A DNA stretch of 64,000 nucleotides from Chrysomallon squamiferum (GCA_012295275.1 CM022668.1:7316001-7380000), one strand, 5' to 3'; positions 13,461 through 28,526 are shown, numbered from the stretch's first letter. A program made the numbers and translations. The notes: generated by a model from the letters alone, not told the origin.

Positions 13461-13782
13461 AAACAAAATGTCTAACGCGTTTGTGAATTTAGACATTTAG
13501 CAAGTTTAAACTTACGTTTCCTATTATTACAACATTATCAAATTTAGTGGCAGAATTTGTTAAAATAAATAGATAATTATTTATTTACAGATTCTAATAA
13601 ACGTAGAATTTTAAGTTTAATATATCTTTAAAACTTTAATATGTGATAGGTGATATGTAAAAACGTTTGTGCGTATATAGGTTAATTTAATGCGATAGAA
13701 ATATTTGATTAAACTAATTTTATCTACGATATAAAATCTATAATTTATCAACGTTACTGCGGAAATAAAAATCATTTTATAC

Positions 13783-13925
13783 CTTAAAACAACGAATTTG
13801 TAGCAAGAGAAAACCACATGACATTCACAATGGCTGTCCACCGTGACGTTTGACAATTGTTGACGTCATTTTGCCATTCGGAATAATTCGGTAAATCTCG
13901 TTGTTACATATCTTCGACCACTTCC
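13783..13925 (-). promoter_or_regulatory. Conserved promoter/exon-1 block with CRE; copies at 21496-21635, 28374-28515, 38564-38700 and inverted at 30280-30418
   Basis: TGACGTCA at 13861-13868 and TGACGT at 13844-13849 flanking the palindrome ACAATTGT; GCCATT motifs; CpG-rich relative to background; donor-like AAG/GTATAA. Confidence 0.6.
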
Positions 13926-13937
13926 TAAATCCGATAA

Positions 13938-13980
<43 letters not shown>

Positions 13981-14450
13981 GCTCAAAATATTAACAGGAT
14001 ATTGATAAAGATAAAATTAATACAAATATAAAAGTAATAACAGCTATAACAATTTTTTTTTATAAAACATTGCTAGATGGTATTTTATCTGATAGAGGAG
14101 AGAAGGTGGGTATGTGGTAAACTTCTATACGATAAATTATATCACAGAAAGACGGGAAAAAGGGGGCAGATTAAAATAACATCAAGATGTCTTTGATAAG
14201 ACTGATATGAAAAAAAGTTATCAGAATTTATGGAGAAAATGTGATTGATTTCTTTCCTTTGGCATCAAAAACACTGAATAACTCATAAAATGAAGTTTTT
14301 GGTGAATTCTGAAGCAATACAATCTTTTTAAGCATCTTTCTAACATACCTAACTTTTAATTAATTAATTAACTGCACTAATTAGCTCAAATTTACTTTAC
14401 ACTTTAATTATGTAATTCTCAAAAACTCCATTGTAATTAAGTCGTATTCT

Positions 14451-14500
14451 GGCGTAACTACATTGAGGCAAACGAGGCAAATGCCTTATTCTGAAATTGA
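14451..14500. mobile_element. Possible DNA-transposon end remnant (second copy ~22211-22260)
   Basis: GGCGTAACTACATTGAGGCAAACGAGGCAAATGCC resembles the termini of non-autonomous hAT-like elements; no partner TIR found. Confidence 0.3.
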
Positions 14501-14574
14501 AAAATTTTTTTTTTTTTTTTTGTTGTTTTTTTTATACAAAAGACCTGGTTTAAACAATATAAAATATAAATATC

Positions 14575-14727
14575 CGCTGAATGAATTCGATTATGTGTCC
14601 GTTACCGTTTGAAGTCTACCGACATCGTTGCGATGAAAGACATAACTGACTTCAAACATCAGTTTTCGCCTCGTTTCAAACAGTCTAGTTTCGGCAATGT
14701 ATATAGGTATATGGCAAAAGCAGTCTC

Positions 14728-14730
<3 letters not shown>
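14575..14730. repeat. Conserved ~150-bp block repeated in the array (also ~22330-22520, 23640-23825, 28940-29105)
   Basis: Shared TTTGAAGTCTACCGACATCGTTGCGATGAAAGACATAACTGAC...TTTCGGCAATGTATATAGGTATATG. Confidence 0.75.
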
Positions 14731-14789
<59 letters not shown>

Positions 14790-14884
14790 GTGTGTGAGTG
14801 AGAGAGAGAGAGAGAGAATGAGTGAAAGAGAGAAAAAGATTGTGTGTGTGAGATGAGGATGAGTGAAAGAGAGAAAAAAGAAAA

Positions 14885-14929
<45 letters not shown>

Positions 14930-15415
14930 TACGGTGTGATTTGAGAAAGAGAATGAATTTATGAAAGAAAAAAAGAAAAGAGATAACGAGAGATATATGT
15001 GAGAGAGAATGAGTGAAAGAGAAACAGAGTGTGTGTGTAAGAGAGAGAATGTATGAAAGAAAAAGGATGTGAGAGAGAGAGAAAGGCATGTATGTGAGAG
15101 AGAGAATGAGAGAGAAAGAGAAAAAGATAGTGTATGAGAGAGATAAAGAATGAGTGAAAAAGAGAAAGATAATGTGTGTGAGAGAGAGAATGAATGAATG
15201 AAACAAAAAGATGTTTGTGAGAGAGAGAGAGAAAGAGAGAACGAGAGATGTATGTGAGAGAGAATGAGTGAAAGAGAAAAAGATAGTCTGTTAGAGAATG
15301 AGAGAAAAAGAGAAAAATATATGTTTTTGTGCATGTGTGTGTCTGTGAAAGAGAGAGAGAAAAAGAATAAAAGAGAAAAAGGTAGTCTGTGTGTTAGACA
15401 GAGAATGAGAGAAAA
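14731..15415. repeat. GA-rich purine-biased degenerate satellite; larger tracts at 18920-20380 and 22540-23640
   Basis: (GA)n interleaved with GAATGAGTGAAAGAGAAAAAGAT and GAATGAATGTATGAAAG units. Confidence 0.9.
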
Positions 15416-15419
15416 ATAT

Positions 15420-15688
15420 TAAAATATAATGACAGACGCACACTGAGACTGATGTATGTTTGGTGATATTTAATTTTTGATGTTGACAGGTTTGTGTAGT
15501 AATGAACTGATGTGTTTTAATAAATCTGACGTGTATTTTAATCTGTGTAAAAGTTTTGTATATAAGTATTTGAAGAATATATGTGAAAGTAAAAATGTTT
15601 TAAAAAATGTTTTGTACAAAATAAAATTTGTTGTGTTTCTCTTATTGTTGGTGGGTTTTTCTTGTTGGTTTTTTAATTTGTTCCCGTT

Positions 15689-15737
<49 letters not shown>

Positions 15738-15883
15738 TTTTATTTTCTATTTTTCTTAATACAATGTTTCCAAACACAATAAAACAATATTTTTAGTTTT
15801 GTTTTTTTATTTAATATTTCCAAATATATGTAATTATATAGTATATGTACACAACACATAGACATACAATCTCTTTCTCACAT

Positions 15884-15941
<58 letters not shown>

Positions 15942-16538
15942 ACATTTATACATATTTCAGTGATTCTGTACCTGTGGTGAACAGTCCCCCAGTTAACTCA
16001 TTTTCAAGTGTGAGTTAATCTGTATTAGCCACACTGAGGTGGGGGTGTCATCACTCACCAGGTGACTCAATGTTGCTGCATTTAAGGTACAATTTTCTTT
16101 ATAAATAAATTTACATTTAAAAAGAATGGTGAGGAATGATGATAAAAAAAATAATAAAGAAAAATAATAAAGAAATTTAATAAAATTAAAAAAATTAAAT
16201 GTAAGAAAAAAGAAATTTTGTTATTACTATAAGACTCAAGGAAACTGCACCACTGAATTTGAAAGAAAGTAATTTATTTTTATTTATCTGATAAAACAAA
16301 TATTAAAACAACTAGTTTATATTATGTATTTATTTATTTACTTTTATTCATAAAGGAACAAATATTGTAACAAAAACAGAAGCACTAAAACTGTAGAGAT
16401 ATAAAACTTATAAATGTTATGAGACTGTGATATATTATTTTCTTACTTTGTACATCAATATTTGTATTTCTTTAATTTGTTAATTATTTACTTATTTTCT
16501 TTTATCCACTCAAGTATTTATTTCACTTAATCAATTAC

Positions 16539-16581
<43 letters not shown>

Positions 16582-18974
16582 TTTTACTTCAAATAGGAAA
16601 ATATTTTTCTGAAAAACTATTAGAAATCTAGAGCAATAAAATTTATCAATGTCTTGTGGCAAAGAGATAAATTATTTTCTGACTTTTTACATCAATACGT
16701 ACTTACTTACTTACTTACTTATTTATTTAGTTATTTATTTACTGATTTAATTAGTAAATTATTTATTTATTTCTTTACAGAAAAAAGTACAAAAGGTAAT
16801 TGGAAAAAAAAGATATATATATATATATATATATTAAATTATATTAATATAATTTCAACTTCTTGTTCATTCTTTTTATCCTATAATTTTTGTAAAATTT
16901 AAAAAAGAAAATACAGGTGCATTTGAGTCCTACAGTAACAGTAAAATTTTGAAGCGTCAAGTCAAAATATCAAAATAAAAACAAAAACAATTTAGACACA
17001 AATTTGAACGGTTCACCAAAGTAATGCATATTGGAAAATACTATTTTGAAAATGTCTGCCAAGTTTGATTGGTTGCCTAGATACCAAATTTGAATTAAAT
17101 TCCAATAATGAACCTTAAACGTACCTCGGTGGTCAGCTGAAGTCAGGTCATGTGATTTTCTACAGGTCAGTTTTGTAATGGATGTTTTGTAATAAATAAA
17201 AATTACTTACAGGTGTAGATATCAATATCTTGTAAAATTATCTATCAATGTGATGAGTTGTCTGTTATGTATGCCTATATGTTTACTAATACAAGACTGT
17301 AGACAGACACACAAAGAAAAATATACAAACACACACAGAGACAAAATATCTAACACAATACAGAACATACATACAGACATACAGAAATAATCACATATAA
17401 ACTCAAACAATACAAACACAGATACACATAAATAAACATACATAAACATTAACAATACAAAACAGAGACATGAACATATATAATAAACAGTACATATAAT
17501 AATAAACAAATATAATAAACAGTACAAATACATACATACATAAACACATAGAACATTAACAGTATAAAATATAGAAACACATACATACATACATAAATAT
17601 ATACAAAGACAAACAATACAAAATACACATACATACATAAACATATAAATGCTAACAATACAAAACATATACATACATACATAAATAAACATATATAAAC
17701 ATTAACAATACAAAACAGACACACACATATACTAAGATACATACATAAACATATATAAACACTAATAATACAAAACACAGACACAGATACACTCATAAAA
17801 TAAAAATACAAAAAACACACACATACATACATAAACATATATACACACTAAAAATATGAAATGCAGACACACACATACATACATACATATATAAACATAT
17901 ATACACACTAACAATACAAAACACAATACACATACATACATACATACATACACATACACACACACACACATAAATACATACAGACACAAAACACAAACAC
18001 ATACAAAACACAGACACACACAAATACAAACATATATAAACATAACAATACAAACACACACACACACATACATACATATACACATATATACTCTAACAAT
18101 ACAAACACACACACACACATACATATATACATACAGACAGAAACATATATAAACACAAACAATATAAAAAACAAACACAAACATATAAACATAACAATAC
18201 AAAAACATAAACATATATAAACATAAACATATATAAACACACACACACACATACATACATACAAACATAAACATATATTAACACTGACAATACAAAACAC
18301 AGACACACAAACATAGATACATAAACATATATAAACACTAACAATATAAAATGTCACACACATACATACATACATACATAAACATACACACATATATATA
18401 TATATACATAAATACATACATACACACATAAACATATATAAACACTAACAATATAAAATGCAACAACACACATAGTTACATGCATACATACATACATACA
18501 TTCACACATACATACATACATACATACAAACATATAAAAACTCTAACAATACAAAATAATACACAATTAATTACATACATACATAAACATATATTAACAC
18601 TGACAATACAAAATACAGACACACATAGATACATACATACATATAAACATAAACATATATAAACACTGAGAATACAAAACACAGACACACACATACATAC
18701 ATACATAAACATAAAAAAATATATAAAAACTAACAATACACACAACACACACAAACATACATAACACACACATACATACATACATACATACACATACATA
18801 CATATATACATAAACATATATAAACACTAACAAAACACAAACACATATACATACATACATACATACATAAACATAAAACATAAAAAATATAAATAAATGT
18901 GTGTGGAGGTGAGGAAATAATGAAAGGGAGGAAAAAAAGAGAGAGATGAGAGAGAGAAGAAATGAAAGAAAAAA

Positions 18975-19006
<32 letters not shown>

Positions 19007-19019
19007 TGAGAGAAAAAAA

Positions 19020-19074
<55 letters not shown>

Positions 19075-21590
19075 GAGAAAAAAAGAGAGAGAGAGAAAGA
19101 AAAAGAGATGTATGTGAGGAGAGACAGAGAGAGAGAGAGAGAAAAGAGAAGTGAGAGAGAGAGAAAAGAGAAAAAGATAGTATGTGTGTGTGAGAGATAG
19201 AGAGAGAATGAATGTGAGAGAGAGATGGAGAGGGACAGAGATATATGTGAGAGAGAGAGAGAGAGAGAAAAAAAGAGGAATGCATGTGAGAGAGAATCAG
19301 TGAAAGAGAGAAAAAGATAGTGTGTGTGTGTGTGAGAGAGAGAGAGAATAAATGTATGAAAAAAAAAAAAAAATGTGAAAGAGAGAGAGAAATAGAGAGA
19401 AAGTGAGAAAAAGAGTGAGAAAGAGAGAGAGAAAGAAGAGAGAGAAAGAGAGAGATGTATGTGAGAGAGAGACAGAGAGAGAAAGAAATGTATGTAAGAA
19501 AGAGAAACGATAGTGTGTATGTGTGTGTGAGAGAGAGAGAATGAATGCATGAAAGAAAATGATGTGTGACAGAGATAGAGAAAGAGAGATGTATTTGAGA
19601 GAGAGAATGAGTAAAACAGAAAAGATAGTGTGTGTGTGAGAGAGAGAGAAAGAGAGAGAAAGAAAGAGATGTGTTATGTGATAGAGAGAGAGAGATAAAG
19701 AGGAATGCATGTGAGAGAGAATGAGTGAAAGAAAAAAAGATTGTATGTGTGTGAGAGAGAGAGAAAGAGGAATGCATGTGAGAGAGAATGAGTGAAAGAG
19801 AAAAAAGATTGTGTGTGTGTGAGAGAGAACGAATGTATGAAAGAAAAAGATGAGAGAGAGAGAGAAAGAAAGAGAAGAGAAAAAAAGAGAGAATGAATGT
19901 ACGAAAGAAAAAGATGTTTGTGAGAGAGAAATGAAGAAAGACATATATATGTGAGAGAGAGAATGAAAGAGAGAAAGATAGTGTGTGAGTGAGAGGGAGA
20001 GAGAGAATGAATGTATGAAAGAAAAAGATGTTTGTGAGAGAGAAATGAAGAAAGACAGATATATGTGAGAGAGAGAATGAGTGAAAGAGAGAAAAGATAG
20101 TGTGTGTGATTTAGAGAAAGAGAATGAATGTATGAAAGAGAAAGTTGTTTGTGAGAGAGAGAGAAAGAGAGATGTATATGAGAGAGATAGAGAAAGGGAG
20201 AAAAACATAGTGAGCATGTGAGAGGGAGAGAGAGAATGAGTAAAAGAGAAAAGATAGTGTGTGTATGTGTGAGAGAGAGAGAGAGAGAGAGAGATGCATA
20301 TGAGAGAGTGAATGAGTGAGAGAGAAAAAGGTAGAGTGTGTTAGACAGACAATGAGAGAGAAAGAGAAAGATGTGTGTGTGTAAATTTTATTAAAATAGA
20401 ATGACAGATGCACACTGAGACCGATGTATGTTTGGTGATATTTAATTTTTGATGTTGACAGGTTTGTGTAGTAATGAACTGATGTGTTTTAATAAATCTG
20501 ACGTATATTTTAATCTGTGTAAAAGTTTTGTATATAAGTATTTGAAGGATATATGTATATACATACACACATACATACATACAAACATAAACATATATAA
20601 ACAGTAACAATACAAAATGCAGACACACATACATAAATACATACATACAAACATAAACATATATAAACAGTAACAATACAAAATGCAGACACACAAACAT
20701 ACATACATACAAACATAAACATATATAAACACTAATACAAAATTCATACATACATACATACAACATACATAAACATATATAAACATTAACAATACAAAAT
20801 ACATACATACACACATACATACATACATTCATACATACATACATAAACATATAAACACTAACAATGCAACATACAGACACACATACATACATACATAAAC
20901 AAAAATACAAACAATAGAGAACACACTTATACATACATACACACATAAACAAATATAAACACTAAGAATACAAAACAAACACATCCATACATACACACAT
21001 AAACAAATATAAACAGTAACAATATAAAACATACACACACACATACATGCATGGATACACATAAATTAATACAAACAACACAAAAAACACAGACACTTAC
21101 ATGGAAACACACATATGTAACACTAACACAGATACAAACAGAAAATCCATACACATACACAAATACATACACAAATACATACATATTCTAAACAAAATGT
21201 ATAACGTGTTTGTAAATTTAGACTGTTGAATTGAAAAACATTTAGTAAGTTTAAACTTACATTTCCTATCATTACACACATTATCAAATTAGTATCTGCA
21301 TTCCTTAAAATAAATAGATAATTATTTATCTTTAAAACTTCAAGATTACGCAATGATCGATTTGATGTGGTAAACATGTTTGATCTTATATAGATTAATT
21401 TAATGCGATAGAAATATTTGTTTAATTTAATTTAATCTACGATATAAAATCTATAATTTATCAAGGTTACTGTGGAAATAAAAATCATTTTATACCTTAA
21501 AACAACGAATTTCTAGCAAGAGAAAACCACATGACTTTCACAATGGCTGTCCACCGTGACGTTTGACAATTGTTGACGTCATTTTTCATT
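15420..21590 (-). ncRNA. Putative spliced non-coding gene, unit 2 (intron 1 contains an extra GA tract and terminal-exon block at 20400-20545)
   Basis: Exon 1 ends at 21496; exon 2 is 17125-17296; exon 3 is 15972-16075; terminal exon acceptor at 15542. Same splice signals as unit 1. Confidence 0.45.
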
Positions 21591-21669
21591 CGGAATAACT
21601 CGGTAAATCTCGTTGTTACGTATCTTCGGCCAGTTACTAAATCCGTTTACTACTACTACTACTACTACA

Positions 21670-21706
<37 letters not shown>

Positions 21707-22527
21707 ATAATAATAATAATATCTCAAAATATTAATAGTATATGGATAAAGATAAAATTAATACAAATACAAAAATAATAACAGCTAAAACAAAAAAGAT
21801 TTTAAAATATTGCTAGATTGCATTTTATCTGATAGAGGAGAGAAGGTGTGTATGCGATAAAATTTTCAAAAATATAATTTTCCAATAAAATTATATATCA
21901 TCAGAAAGACGGGAAAAAAAAAGAGGACAGATTAAAATGAGATCAAGATGTCTTTGGTAACACTGATATGCAAAACGTTATCAGAATTTACGGAGAAAAT
22001 GTGATTGATTTCTTTCATTTGGCATCAAAAACACTGAATGTCTCATAAAATGAAGTTTTTGTTGAATTCTATAGGAATAAAATCTTTTTAAGCATGTTGC
22101 TACAATTTCTGAATTTTAATTAATTAAGTAATTGCACTAATTAACTCAAATGTACCTTACGCTTTAATCGTGTAATTCTTAAAATCTCCATTGTAATTAA
22201 ATCAGATTCTGGCCATAACTACATTGAGGCAAATGAGGCAAATGCCTTAGTCTGAAATTGAAGAATTTGTTTGGGTTTTTTTTTTTTATACATAATACTT
22301 TTTTTAAACAATATAAAATATTAACATCCACTGAATGAATTCGTTTATGTCTACGATTGGCGTTTGAAGTCTACCGACATCGTTGCGATGAAAGACATAA
22401 CTGACTCCAGACATCAGTTTTCGCCTCATTTCAAACAGTCTAGTTACGGCAATGTATATAGGTATATGACAAGAGAGTCTCAACACAAGTTATCCCAGTT
22501 TTTGTGACATGTTTTTGCTAACCTTGA

Positions 22528-22632
<105 letters not shown>

Positions 22633-23027
22633 TGAAAGAGAAAGAAAGATGTTTTTATGTGTGAGTCAAAGAGAGAGAGAATGAGTAAAATAGAAAAAGG
22701 TAGTCTGTAAAAACAGAGAATGAGAGAGTAAGAGAAAAACAACTTTGTGTGTGTGACAGAATGAGTGAAAGAGAGAAAAGATTGTGTTTGAGAGGGAGAG
22801 AGAGAGAGAATGAATGTATGATAGAAAAAGATGTTTGTGAGAGAGAGAATGATTAAAAGAGAAAAGATAGTGTGTGTGAGAGAAAGAGAAACAGAGAAGT
22901 ATGTGAGAGAAAGAATGAGTTAAAAAGAGAAAAACAACTTTGTGTGTGTGAGAGAAAGTGAAAGAGAGAAAAAGACAGTATGTGTGATTTAGAGAGAGAG
23001 AATGAATGTATGAAAGAAAAAGATGTG

Positions 23028-23060
<33 letters not shown>

Positions 23061-23320
23061 TTTATGCGTGTGTCAAAGAGAGAGAGAATGAGTAAAATAG
23101 AAAAAGGTAGTCTGTAAGACAGAGAATGAGTTAAAAAGAGAAAAACAACTTTGTGTGTGTGAGAGAAAGAGTGAAAGACAGAAAAAGACAGTATGTGTGA
23201 TTTAGAGAAAGAGAATGAATGTATGAAAGATAAAAGGTGTGCAAGAGAGAGAAAGAGAGAGAAAGAGAGAAAAAGAGAGATGTATGTGAGAGAGGGAATG
23301 AGTGAAAGAGAAAAAGATAG

Positions 23321-23354
<34 letters not shown>

Positions 23355-23840
23355 ATGAATGTATGAAAGAAAAAGATGTGTGTGAGAGGGAAAGAGAGAA
23401 AGACAGAGAGACAGAGAGAAAGATGTTTTTATGTGTGAGTCAAAGAGAGAGAGAATGAGTAACATAGAAAAAGGTAGTCTTTGAGACAGAGAATGAGACA
23501 GCAAGAGAAAAACAACTTTGTGTGTGTGAGAGAGACAGAGAGAGAGAGAGAGAGAGATGGAGACAGAGATATAGAGATAGTCAGAGAGATGTATAGAGAG
23601 AGAGAGAGAGAGAGACAGAGAGACAGAGACAGAGAGACAGATGTCTATGGTTACTGTTTGAAGTCTATCGACATCATTGTGATAAAAGACATAACTGACT
23701 TGAAAGACATCACTTTTACCCTATTTTCAAACAGAGTCTTGTTTCGGCAATGTATATAGGTATATGACAAGAGCAGTCTCAACAGAAGTTATCCCAGTTT
23801 ATGTGACATGTTTTTGCTAACTTTGGGGAGAGAGAGATAC

Positions 23841-23946
<106 letters not shown>

Positions 23947-23974
23947 ATATTTGTGTGTAAACTGTATTAAAATA

Positions 23975-24309
23975 TAATGACAGACGCACACCAAGACTGA
24001 TGTATGTTTGGGTGATATTTAATTGTTGATGCTGACAGGTTTGTGTAGTAATGAACTGATGTGTTTTAATAAATCAATTTTATTGTTGTTGTTTTTTCAA
24101 TTTATTCTCGTTTTATTCATTTATTCATTTTTTTTTTCATTTTTTTTTTTCTTAATAAAATGTTTCCAAGCACAATAAAACAATAATTTTATTCCTATTT
24201 TTTTATTTAATATTTCCAAATATACATGATTATAGCCCATATGCATACAACAAATACACATACAATCTCTCGATCGCGTGTGCACACAAACACTCACACA
24301 CACACACAA

Positions 24310-24352
<43 letters not shown>

Positions 24353-24463
24353 AGACACACACACAAACACACACACACACACAAACACACGCAGACGCAC
24401 ACACACACACGCCGCACACACTCACATATACACTGACACACACACACACACACACTCACATAT

Positions 24464-24510
<47 letters not shown>

Positions 24511-25827
24511 GCACACGCACACACACACACGCAGACTCACATATACACAAACACACACACAGACTTACCTTTATACATATTTCAGTGATTCTGTACCTGC
24601 GGTGAACAGTCCCCCAGTTAACTCATTTTCAAGTATGAGTTAATCTGTATTAGCCACACTGAGGTGGGGGTGTCATCACTCACCAGGTGACTCAATGTTG
24701 CTGCATTTAAGGTACAATTTTCTTTATAAATAAATAAATAAATAGATTTACATTTAAAAGAATGGTGAGTAATGATGAAAAATAATAACAACATTTTTTT
24801 TTTGTCTTTACTATAAGACTCAAGTAAATTGCACCATCTTGTTTGAAAGAAAATAATTTTCTTTTATGTATTTGATATAGGAAACATTAAAACAAGTTTA
24901 ATATTACATTTATTATATTATATATTTTTTTATTTTTTTTATTTATTTATTTATCTATATTATATTATATTATATTATTTATTTTTTTATTTTAATTCAT
25001 ACAGGACAAAATATTGAAACAAAAACAGAAGCACTAGAACTGTACAGAAATAAAATTTATAAATGTTATGTGCCAGAGATAATTTATCTTCATACTTTTT
25101 ACATCAATATTTTTATTGATTTAATTTGTTAATTATTTACTTATTTTCTTTTATTCACTCATTTTTCCTTTATGTATTTGTTTACTGATTTATTTAGTAA
25201 TTTATTTATTTACTGCTTTGTTTATTTATTTGTTTGTTTACTAAATTATTTATTTATTTATTTATTTACTAAAAAAAGTAGAAAAGATAATTGGAAAAAA
25301 AAAATATATGAATATTAAATTATATTAATATAATTTCAACTTCTTGTTCACTCTTTTTATCCCTAATTTTTGTTAAATTTAAAAAAAGAAAATACAGGTG
25401 CATTTGAGTCCTACAGCAACAGTAACATTTTGAAGTGTCAAGTCAAAATATCAAAATAAAAACAAAAACAATTTGGACGCAAATTTTGACGGTTCACCAA
25501 AGTAATGCATATTGGAAAATACTATTTTGAAAATGTCTGCCAAGTTTGATTGGTTTGCCTAGATACAAATTTAGAGTAATTTAATGTGAACCTTAACTTA
25601 ATTTGACTGAGTTGGTGNNNNNNNNNNNNNNNNNNNNNNNNNNNNNNNNNNNNNNNNNNNNNNNNNNNNNNNNNNNNNNNNNNNNNNNNNNNNNNNNNNN
25701 NNNNNNNNNNNNNNNNNNNNNNNNNNNNNNNNNNNNNNNNNNNNNNNNNNNNNNNNNNNNNNNNNNNNNNNNNNNNNNNNNNNNNNNNNNNNNNNNNNNN
25801 NNNNNNNNNNNNNNNNNTATTATTTGC

Positions 25828-25858
<31 letters not shown>

Positions 25859-28470
25859 TTTTAATTCATACAGGAAAAAATATTGTAATAAAAACAAAAG
25901 AACTAGAGAAATAAAATGTATAAATCTAAGATGACAAACAGATAAATTATTTTCCTATTTTTTACAGCAATATTAGTATTTCTTTAATTCATTAATTACT
26001 TATTTTCTTTTGTTACTTTATTTTTTATTTCACTCAATTTATTTATTTATTTATGTATTTATTTACTAATTTGTTTGTTTACTAAAATATTTATTTATTC
26101 ACTAAATTAGAAAAGGAAATTGGAAAAAAATATATATCTATATTTTTGTTCACTCTTTTTATCCCTATCATTTTTGTTAAATTAAAAAAAGAAAATACAG
26201 GTGCATTTGAGTCCTACAGTAAGAGTAAAATTTTGAAGCATCAAGCCAAAATACCAAAATAAAAACAAAAACAATTTGGACACAAATTTTGACGGTTCAC
26301 CAAAGTAATGGATATTGGAAAATACTATTTTGAAAACATCTAGATACCAAATTTGAAATAAATTCCAATAATGAACCTTAAACATACCTCAGTGGACAGC
26401 TGAAGTCAGGTCATGTGATTTTCTACAGGTCAGTTTTGTAATGGATGTTTTGTAATAAATAAAAATTACTTACAGGTGTCACTATCTTGTAAAATTATCT
26501 ATCAATGTGATGAGTTATCTGTTATGTGTGCCTATATGTTTACTAATACAAGACTGTAGACAGACACACAAAGAAAAATATACATACATACAGAGACAAA
26601 AACATCTGACAACACAATACAGAACATACATACAGACATACAGAAATAATCACATATAAACACAAACAATACAAAACACAGATACACATAAATAAACATA
26701 CATATACATTAACAATACAAAACACAGACATGAACATATATAAAAAAAATAGTACAAAATACATACATAGATAAACATATAGAATATTAACAGTATAAAA
26801 TATAGACACACATACATACATAAATATATACAAAGACAAACAATACAAAATACACATACAGACATAAACGCTAACACTACAAAACATATACATACATACA
26901 TAAATAAACATATATAAACATTAACATTACAAAATACAGACACACATATACTAACATATATACATAAACATATATAAACGATAACAATACAAAACACAGA
27001 CACACATAAATGCATACATAAACACTAAAAATACAAAAAACACACACATACATAAACATATATAAACACTAAAAATATAAAATGCCGACACACACATACA
27101 TACATATATAAACATATATACACACTAACAATACAAAACACACACAGACATAAAACATACAGACACACATACACACACATAAATACATACAGACAGAAAC
27201 ATATATAAGCACAAACAATACAAAACACAGACACCCACATGTACAGACATAAACATATATAAACACTAACAATACAAAACACACACACACATACATACAT
27301 ACACATATACATACACACATACATACATACACATACATACATACATAAATATATATAAACACAATACAAAGCACAGCCATACATACATACATACATACAA
27401 ACATAAACATATATAAACACTAACAATACAAAATTCATACATACATACATACATTCATACATACATACATAAACATATAAACTTTAACAATTCAAAATAC
27501 ATACATACATACATACATTCATACATTCATACATAAACATATATAAACACTAACAATGCGACATTACAGACACACATACATACATACATAAACAAAAAAA
27601 ATACAAACAATAGAAAACAAACAGATACATACATACACACATAAACAAATATAAACACTAAGAACACAAAACAAACACATACATCCATACACACATAAAC
27701 AAATATAAACACTAAAAATGCAAAACAAACACACAGATAGATACATACATAAACATAAATACAAACAATACAAAACACACACATACATACATACACACAT
27801 AAACAAATATAAACACTAACAATACAAAACAAACACATACATACATAAATAAACATAAATTCTAACAATACAAAACACACATATACATAAACAAATATAA
27901 ACACTAACAATACAAAACAAATACATGCATGGATACACATAAATTAATACAAACAACACAAAAAACACAGACACTTACATGGAAACACACATATGTAACA
28001 CTAACACAGACATAAACAGAAAATACATACACTTACACAAATACATACACACTTACATACATATTCTAAACAAAATGTATAACGTGTTTGTAAATTTAGA
28101 CTCATGAATTGAAAAACATTTAGTAAGTTTAAACTTACATTTCCTATCATTACACACATTATCAAATTAGTATCTGCATTCCTTAAAATAAATAGATAAT
28201 TATTTATCTTTAAAACTTCAAGATTATGCAATGATCGATTTGATGTGGTAAACATATTTGATCTTATATAGATTAAGTTAATGCGATATAAATATTTGTT
28301 TAATTTAATTTAATCTACGATATAAAATCTATAATTTATCAAGGTTACTGTGGAAATAAAAATCATTTTATACCTTAAAACAAAGAATTTGTAGCAAGAG
28401 AAAACCACATGACTTTCACAATGGCTGTCTACCGTGACGTTTGACAATTGTTGACGTAATTTTTTCATTC
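23975..28470 (-). ncRNA. Putative non-coding gene units spanning the assembly gap (two different partial copies)
   Basis: Exon 3 at 24597-24700 left of the gap; exon 2 at 26388-26553 (GAG/GTATGT) and exon 1 ending at 28374 right of the gap. Intron-2 sequence occurs on both sides with different indels. Confidence 0.4.
25618..25817. other. Assembly gap (200 N)
   Basis: Run of N. Confidence 1.
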
Positions 28471-28526
28471 GGAATAACTCGGTAAATCTCATTGTTATAC
28501 ATTTTCGGCCACTTCCTAAATCCGTT

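Larger units (their letters stand above)
9630..13870 (-). ncRNA. Putative spliced non-coding gene, unit 1 of the tandem family
   Basis: Exon 1 ends at 13783 (AAG/GTATAA); exon 2 is 11163-11334 (CTACAG/ ... GAG/GTACGT); exon 3 is 10133-10236 (TGCAG/ ... CAG/GTACAC); terminal exon starts at 9752 (TTTTACACAG/). No substantial ATG-initiated ORF seen in the spliced product. Confidence 0.5.

Noticed and set aside
10133-13850. Telomerase RNA hypothesis for the repeated ncRNA (long closing helix, U/A-rich tract, branched 3' domain)
   Set aside because: No CCCTAA-type template for TTAGGG in the predicted exons, no clear H/ACA end, and known animal telomerase RNAs of this type are unspliced and usually single-copy.
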